Shown here: positions 58,844 through 64,000 of the stretch, piece by piece | Layout of the letters: each line of letters starts with the position of its first letter | Numbering within the stretch: position 1 is the first letter of the stretch | Made by a program: the position numbers and the translations under genes | The notes under the pieces: generated by a model | Database searches by the model: none | Seen by the model: only the letters and a program-made list of their open reading frames with translations | What the model was told of the DNA's origin: nothing | Assembly (NCBI GenBank): GCA_038861395.1 | Contig: JAWCDE010000001.1 | Span: 73,144-137,143 of the forward strand | Origin: Thermoproteota archaeon | Lineage (GTDB): Archaea > Thermoproteota > EX4484-205 > JAAOZP01 | DNA: 64,000 nt | Direction of reading: 5' to 3'

Positions 58844-60022
58844 TTGGAATCCGGAAAGTCAGAGCACGCGTTACTCAGAATATCAATAGTAGGTGGGCTT
58901 GTCTGGGCTTCGTTCGCTCCCTTCAGTCTTTTTCTCGGAGTCTATTTAATATCCCAAGGCTTATCATATGCTTCCATTGGCCTGCTGATGACAACCACCA
59001 GTATACTATCTTCCTTTCTACAACTAGCCTTTGGCTCATTAGCAGATAAGTATCAGAATACGAGGCTTATAATTTCACTCACACTTCTTGCTAGAAGCAT
59101 CGCATGTCTAATACTTGTATTTTCAAGAGACTTGGCAAGCATCCTATTATGGTATATTGTGTCAGGTGTTTTTCTCTCTGGATTTTTACCGATTGCCCAA
59201 TCTATGGTTGCAAAACTTTCTGAGGATGAAAGACTCGGCTTTTCCATGGGGAAATACAGATTATCCGGATCTCTAGGATGGGCTTTTTCCTGCATACTGA
59301 CAGGTCTATTCGCCAGGTATGAAATGTGGAATATATTTCCAATAACACTGATTCTATCCTTTTCCTCTTTTCTTACAAGTTTAGTAATACCGGAAGTCGA
59401 AGGGATTGCAGTAAGTCATCGCGAAATTGGGAGACGTGAAACGCGCAAGCCTGCTAAACTGATTGTTTTCTTCATACTCAGCATATTTCTGTCAAGCTTA
59501 AGTATGAGTGCCGCATCCTCATTTTTAAACATCTTTCTTTTCCAATTGGGAAGCGATCCTTTTTTCATAGGTATTATCATTGCAATAGGCGCGTTCTTAG
59601 AAGTCCCCGCCATGTACTTAGGCGGAATATTATCGGATAAGATTGGCGAAATACTGGTTTTAATGGCGGGGGAAATGGGTTTAGGAGTAATTTATTGGCT
59701 TTATGGAACTGTTAAAAATATTTACACTTATATTATTATCCAAGGGTTTAGGGGAATCTTATATGCGTTCTTTATGGTTTCAGGAATGTCATTAAGCTCA
59801 AACGTGGGGGATGTTGGGAAAAAGGGTTTCTACGCTGGGCTCTATAATCTTTCACTCCAATTCGGAATGGCGTTAGGGCCTTTTCTAGGAGGCTTAGTCT
59901 CAGATGCTTTTGGATTATTAGCGATGTTCGTAACTGTTTCAATACTTTCAGAATTGTCATCAGCCCTACTAATCCCATTTGCTTTTAGTGCTAAGAAGAA
60001 AAATAGGCTTAAAGTTTCTTAA
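58844..60022 (+). CDS. Major facilitator superfamily transporter
   Basis: A 392-aa protein with about 12 TM segments and MFS-like loop motifs. Confidence 0.65.
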   Translation: MESGKSEHALLRISIVGGLVWASFAPFSLFLGVYLISQGLSYASIGLLMTTTSILSSFLQLAFGSLADKYQNTRLIISLTLLARSIACLILVFSRDLASILLWYIVSGVFLSGFLPIAQSMVAKLSEDERLGFSMGKYRLSGSLGWAFSCILTGLFARYEMWNIFPITLILSFSSFLTSLVIPEVEGIAVSHREIGRRETRKPAKLIVFFILSIFLSSLSMSAASSFLNIFLFQLGSDPFFIGIIIAIGAFLEVPAMYLGGILSDKIGEILVLMAGEMGLGVIYWLYGTVKNIYTYIIIQGFRGILYAFFMVSGMSLSSNVGDVGKKGFYAGLYNLSLQFGMALGPFLGGLVSDAFGLLAMFVTVSILSELSSALLIPFAFSAKKKNRLKVS

Positions 60023-61626
60023 TCAGTCTTGCTCTTCTCTTCCTTAGGTTTGAAAGATATTATTACTTCATCGACTCCAATTATGGATGAAGCCAGTTCT
60101 ACGGCAGAAGCAAGCCAGTTTTTAACAACCAAGTAGGGTTCAACCACTTCTTTATCAAGGCTCTCTATCTCCCTTTTTATAGCGTTCACTCCATAAGTCG
60201 CGCCATCGCTCGAAGAATGCTTTTTCTTAAGCATAGTCATTGCTGCTACTGGTTTCATCCCTGTATTAGTTACGAGAGTCCTCACCAATGACTCTATACT
60301 ATTTGCAAAAGCCTCATAAATCAGCCTCTCCTCTCCCTCCATGGTCTCAGCCCTGCTTCGTATCGTCTTCTCTATTTCCATTAGCTCTGCTCCCCCGCCA
60401 ATCACATACCTAGGATCTTTGTAGAGGCTTAAGATGGCCGAAAGTGAGTGTTTCAATTCTCTCTCATACTCTTTCAAAAGATCCTCGTTTACCCCCCTCA
60501 ATAGTATTGAGACAGCCTTGGGTTCTTCACACCCTTCTACGAAGACTATCTTCTCGTTTTCGAATACTTCTTCCTTAACAAGGCTTGCTCTACCAAGCTT
60601 ATCCGCAGTAATATCTTCTGGATCAGACACTATTTTCCCACGGGTTGCTCTCTCCAGCCTCTCCATATCAGATCTCTTTACTCTTCTAACTGCCGTTATA
60701 CCATTCTTGTAAAGGTATTGTTGTGCAAGCTCGTCTATTCCCTTTTGACAGAAAACTACGTTTGCTCCCGATTTAACTATTGCATCAACTTTATCGCGAA
60801 TTATTTTCTCCTCTTCCTCAATGAACCCGCGTAATTCCTCAGTAGTCTTCACTTCTATTTCGGTGGAGATCTCTGTCTTCTTCACTTCAAGAGCATAGTC
60901 TATTAAGGCTATTTTTGCATCTTTAACGGTTTTATTCATGTTTGGATGTACAATCTCCTTGTCGACTATGATCCCGTTTATCAATCTAGAGTTCAATACC
61001 TCGTTCCCCCGTTTCCTGACGATGCTCACCCAATCTACGTCAGCATAATACCCGCCGTTTCTCTTCTCGATTATTTTCTCAGCTGCTTCTAAGGAAATCT
61101 CGCCGAGAATCCTCCTCTCCTCCTGGGATGAGAAGAACGTGATGGCTGTTTCAGCGATTTTTCTCAGAAACTCTCTATCTTGGAGATCAGCTCGTTTAGC
61201 ATCCTTCTCCAATTGTCTGAGAGCTTCTGATAAGGCGCTATGGTATCCTCTGGTTATCGAGATAGGACTTATGCCCTGCCTATACAACTCATAGGCGTTT
61301 CTAACGAGTTCGCACATTAATAATATCAGAGAAGTCGTTCCATCTCCTATTTCTTTCTCCAATGCCTTGGCAGCGTCTACAATCATTTTTCCGATGGGGT
61401 GTTCAATATTCGCTTCGCTAAGGACTGTTACACCGGTCTTTGTAACGGTTATGTCTCCGACTGAGCCTACTAAAAGCTTGTTTAAACCGCGAGGCCCGTA
61501 GGCAGTTCTCAAAATCTCCCCTATAATAAGCGATGCTACAATATTGTTTTCATAGGCCTCTTCCTTACTCCTTCTTATAGTGGTCTCCTTTAATACTATT
61601 GCTGGCCTCACTTGCTCATAGGACAT
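60019..61626 (-). CDS. thsB: Thermosome subunit (second paralog)
   Basis: A 535-aa protein with GPRGLNKLL, GDGTTS and other group II chaperonin signatures. Diverged from the copy at 24350. Confidence 0.92.
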   Translation of the reverse strand: MSYEQVRPAIVLKETTIRRSKEEAYENNIVASLIIGEILRTAYGPRGLNKLLVGSVGDITVTKTGVTVLSEANIEHPIGKMIVDAAKALEKEIGDGTTSLILLMCELVRNAYELYRQGISPISITRGYHSALSEALRQLEKDAKRADLQDREFLRKIAETAITFFSSQEERRILGEISLEAAEKIIEKRNGGYYADVDWVSIVRKRGNEVLNSRLINGIIVDKEIVHPNMNKTVKDAKIALIDYALEVKKTEISTEIEVKTTEELRGFIEEEEKIIRDKVDAIVKSGANVVFCQKGIDELAQQYLYKNGITAVRRVKRSDMERLERATRGKIVSDPEDITADKLGRASLVKEEVFENEKIVFVEGCEEPKAVSILLRGVNEDLLKEYERELKHSLSAILSLYKDPRYVIGGGAELMEIEKTIRSRAETMEGEERLIYEAFANSIESLVRTLVTNTGMKPVAAMTMLKKKHSSSDGATYGVNAIKREIESLDKEVVEPYLVVKNWLASAVELASSIIGVDEVIISFKPKEEKSKTD

Positions 61627-61728
61627 TTCTTACCACCTCCAGGATTCTTCTTTAAAACCACTTTTTAAAAGCTTTTCTCACTTGAAAGAACAACGTTTAT
61701 TAGGGATATGTAAGAATTCACCTTCAGC

Positions 61729-61947
61729 TTGGGAAAAGTATACGACGGGAAGATAAAGGGAATCGCTAAATCACTGCTGTCGAAATACGGAGACCGTTTT
61801 AGTGATGATTATTATGCCAATAAAGAATTTTTGAAAAAGACTGCGATTTTCCGATCCAAGAAGATTTTGAACCGTGTCGCAGGGTATATCACATCAGTTA
61901 AATCTTCGGCCAAACGGCGGGAAGAGGTGGTTGAAGCTGGAGGATAA
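61729..61947 (+). CDS. rps17e: 30S ribosomal protein S17e
   Basis: A 72-aa protein with a TTG start. The GKVYDGKIKGIAKSLLSKYGDRFSDDYYANKEFLKK...ILNRVAGYIT pattern matches S17e. Confidence 0.65.
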   Translation: MGKVYDGKIKGIAKSLLSKYGDRFSDDYYANKEFLKKTAIFRSKKILNRVAGYITSVKSSAKRREEVVEAGG

Positions 61948-61993
61948 TAGGATCCCGATATTCCTCTCTATCTCAGACTACGGTTGGTTGAAA

Positions 61994-62314
61994 AGGATGC
62001 TCAAAGAGGCTGAGGCCTATCTTAACGAGTCTAAGAAAGCACCCTATCCCATGAAACTGGTTTATGCAAGAATGTCTATTGTCTCCAGCAGGATGATTAT
62101 TAACATGCTTTTCCCTCCCATAAGCAAGTACGGCGGTCCCAATATTGATGAAAAGAATCTTAATCCTATTGAATTCAGGATTAGAAGCCTGTATGACAAG
62201 GCTCTTGAAAAGTTTGACAAAATACAGTTATCCGAGGATGAGGCTGTCGAAATAAGTGATTTTCTATATAATCTTTCATCAACAATTTTCGAACAGATTC
62301 TGAGTAAGAATTGA
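61994..62314 (+). CDS. Hypothetical protein (start uncertain)
   Basis: An ORF open from 61874 that overlaps rps17e in another frame. The first ATG past rps17e is at 61994. Confidence 0.3.
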   Translation, partial: RMLKEAEAYLNESKKAPYPMKLVYARMSIVSSRMIINMLFPPISKYGGPNIDEKNLNPIEFRIRSLYDKALEKFDKIQLSEDEAVEISDFLYNLSSTIFEQILSKN

Positions 62315-62404
62315 AATGTCTTAAATTTCATATTTAAATACCGCCTTACACTAGGTTATTTGATGATGTAAACTGACCTGCTCTGAGAGTTGCCTCGATG
62401 AGGA

Positions 62405-63037
62405 TCATGCACCTCTCTGAAAACTATAATGCTCCTGCCTGATTTTTTTCAGATAACTGTCTACAATCATGGGAGGCAGACCTATATCTATTAGCATTTC
62501 TCTAAACTCCTCAATAGTCTTATTCTCCTCCTTAAGACTACGTTTAGCAAGCTTCCTAATTGTTTCACCAATCTCATGTGGGAATATTATCCATTTCTCA
62601 GTTTTCTTAACATAATAATCTGGCTTCAAAATACTCCACGGCTTATAGTAGACGGTTGCAATCTTCACGATTAGAGCCCCTTTCTCCTGAAGATGCTTAC
62701 GAACCGTCTCAAGGCTTCTCCCAGTGTCCGCAACATCATCGACCACAAGAACTCTCCTTCCCGCAACGTCAACATTAACGTCCTGAACTATTCTGGGCTC
62801 ACTCCCAGTCTTCTTAACATCTTCGTAGAAAACAACTCTTATGACTCCTATTTCAACATCTTCGAATTCATCGGAGAATATTCTTAATGGAACTAGCCCT
62901 CCTCGAGAGATGCCGATAATCACCTCCGGTCTATAGCCTGATTTCAAAACTTTATCTACAAGCTCTAGGGTAAGCTGGTAGAAATGCTCCCAACTTACTA
63001 CTTCAAACTCCATGGGTGGTTTAGATTTCATAATCAT
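62405..63037 (-). CDS. Type I phosphoribosyltransferase (purine PRTase-like)
   Basis: PRPP-binding motif VLVVDDVADTGRSL. 210 aa. Confidence 0.7.
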   Translation of the reverse strand: MIMKSKPPMEFEVVSWEHFYQLTLELVDKVLKSGYRPEVIIGISRGGLVPLRIFSDEFEDVEIGVIRVVFYEDVKKTGSEPRIVQDVNVDVAGRRVLVVDDVADTGRSLETVRKHLQEKGALIVKIATVYYKPWSILKPDYYVKKTEKWIIFPHEIGETIRKLAKRSLKEENKTIEEFREMLIDIGLPPMIVDSYLKKIRQEHYSFQRGA

Positions 63038-63046
63038 GAATAATAA

Positions 63047-63619
63047 ATGTTTTTATCCCATTCCCCAACAGCTAAATCATTGAACATTAAAGCGATAGAA
63101 ACATTGAACATATACTTTGCTCTCTTCTCAGTTAGCCCTTTGCCGAAGGACTGGACTGAAATCGCGACGGATATTAAGAGTGGCAATAAGGTTTCCATCC
63201 AGTTTTTTAAACAAGGCTCTCTAGTTACCGAGCTCGTTCCATTCTTAGTCTACAATGTCCACCAGGCTTTTAAATACCATTATAATTCGCTAAAGGGGTT
63301 TGAACAGGAGCTTCTAATAGCCCTCTACGGGAAAAGGAGCTTCCAAGAAGCGTTGTCCAACATTGGAGTATCAGCTTGCGATAAGGCAGTAGTACTCCTT
63401 TTATCAGAAACGGTCGAGGAGCTGGAGAAAGCGATAGAGGTCTTGAAGAAAAAGGTTTCTGAAGCAGGCTCTAATATTGAACCGTTTGAGAACGATGAGG
63501 ATTTATTTGCATCGTTCTGGAGGCTCCTTTTCACAAGGCTAGGCTTTGGAGCAATGGGTATGGACTACCATCAAATACTCGAATTCGTCAAAGAGAGGAT
63601 TGCAATAAGCTACTTATAG
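63047..63619 (+). CDS. cgi121: KEOPS complex subunit Cgi121-like
   Basis: The pattern ELLIALYGKRSFQEALSNIGVS...AVVLLLSE...FTRLGFG parallels the archaeal Cgi121 helical core. The start may be internal. Confidence 0.45.
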   Translation: MFLSHSPTAKSLNIKAIETLNIYFALFSVSPLPKDWTEIATDIKSGNKVSIQFFKQGSLVTELVPFLVYNVHQAFKYHYNSLKGFEQELLIALYGKRSFQEALSNIGVSACDKAVVLLLSETVEELEKAIEVLKKKVSEAGSNIEPFENDEDLFASFWRLLFTRLGFGAMGMDYHQILEFVKERIAISYL

Positions 63620-63680
63620 GCTTATTCTTTAATTGATACAATAAAAGATTAAAATACCTCCTCAAAAAAGATAGAACAGC

Positions 63681-64000
63681 CTTGGAAGCACCATCTCTGG
63701 TGGTAAACGTTCAGGAGGTTACTAAAGATTATGTTTTGAAAAGCGGTGTCGTAAAGGCTTTGAAAGGAATCAACCTCCAAGTTAGGAGGGGGGAGTACAT
63801 TTCCATAATGGGTCCTTCCGGAAGCGGTAAAACAACCCTGTTCAACATGATCGGTGGACTGGATAGGCCTACGAGTGGAAGTGTATTCATAGATGGGATG
63901 GACTTGGCTAAAATGAATGATCGTCAGCTAGCATGGGTTAGAAGTAGGAAAATAGGATACATATTCCAGACTTTTAATCTAATCCCCGTGTTGTCTGCAC
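63681..64000 (+). CDS. ABC transporter ATP-binding protein (LolD/MacB-type), truncated by the window edge
   Basis: Intact Walker A GPSGSGKTT and the Q-loop region. Runs off the 3' edge of the window. Confidence 0.75.

Noticed and set aside
1-64000. CRISPR arrays, rRNA genes, IS elements and integrases
   Set aside because: I saw no regularly spaced direct repeats, no rRNA-like conserved stretches, and no transposase or integrase-like ORFs anywhere in the window.

Overview
This 64 kb window looks like a chromosomal segment of a hyperthermophilic crenarchaeon, roughly 45% GC by eye. The assignment rests on Cdv/ESCRT division genes, thermosome subunits, aEF-2, intron-containing tRNAs, TTG/GTG starts and tightly overlapping genes. 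Core content in order: gatC and a partial gatA; a complete trpE-G-D-C-F-B-A operon; a Cdv locus (two ESCRT-III paralogs flanking Vps4/CdvC) followed by rpiA; a tRNA cluster (Thr-GGT, Thr-CGT, His, Ala) interleaved with a surface-anchored protein gene; a radical-SAM protein; a secreted beta-propeller protein; vapBC; aEF-2; a thermosome subunit; ilvB-N-C-D; two beta-CASP MBL nucleases; argH; a KaiC-like ATPase; leuA-C-D on the minus strand; MarC; RNase P Rpp21; Fap7; an LSm protein; a PAC2-like protein; aspS; radA; a second thermosome paralog; S17e; a PRTase; Cgi121; and an ABC ATPase running off the 3' edge. Eight tRNA genes were found by hand-folding. Four carry introns, and two of those are at non-canonical positions (Val-CAC in the T-loop, Gly-CCC next to the D-stem). 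The main accessory region is an AT-rich island of about 8 kb (about 43.9-51.9 kb) that starts just past tRNA-Gly(TCC). Its minus-strand operon encodes a 48-aa coupled micro-ORF, a FlaI/VirB11(GspE)-family ATPase, split TadB/TadC-like platform proteins, a pilin-like peptide, and a membrane-anchored HerA/VirB4(DUF87)-type ATPase. Divergent from this operon are four small genes for proteins with N-terminal transmembrane segments, followed by a full-length but divergent TFB paralog. I interpret the island as a candidate type-IV-pilus plus DNA-translocase module, analogous to Ups/Ced, possibly with its own TFB regulator. Other oddities: a degenerate ABC ATPase lacking Walker A/B beside an ABC-2-like permease; a PRC-barrel protein with a zinc ribbon that overlaps a zinc-ribbon KaiC-like ATPase; a decayed stretch at 19.7-21.7 kb holding a frameshifted ORF and a truncated PQQ-propeller remnant; a 518-aa hypothetical gene whose open frame extends 340 nt upstream without a start codon; and an orphan SPPY-motif methyltransferase. 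No CRISPR array, rRNA or integrase was seen.
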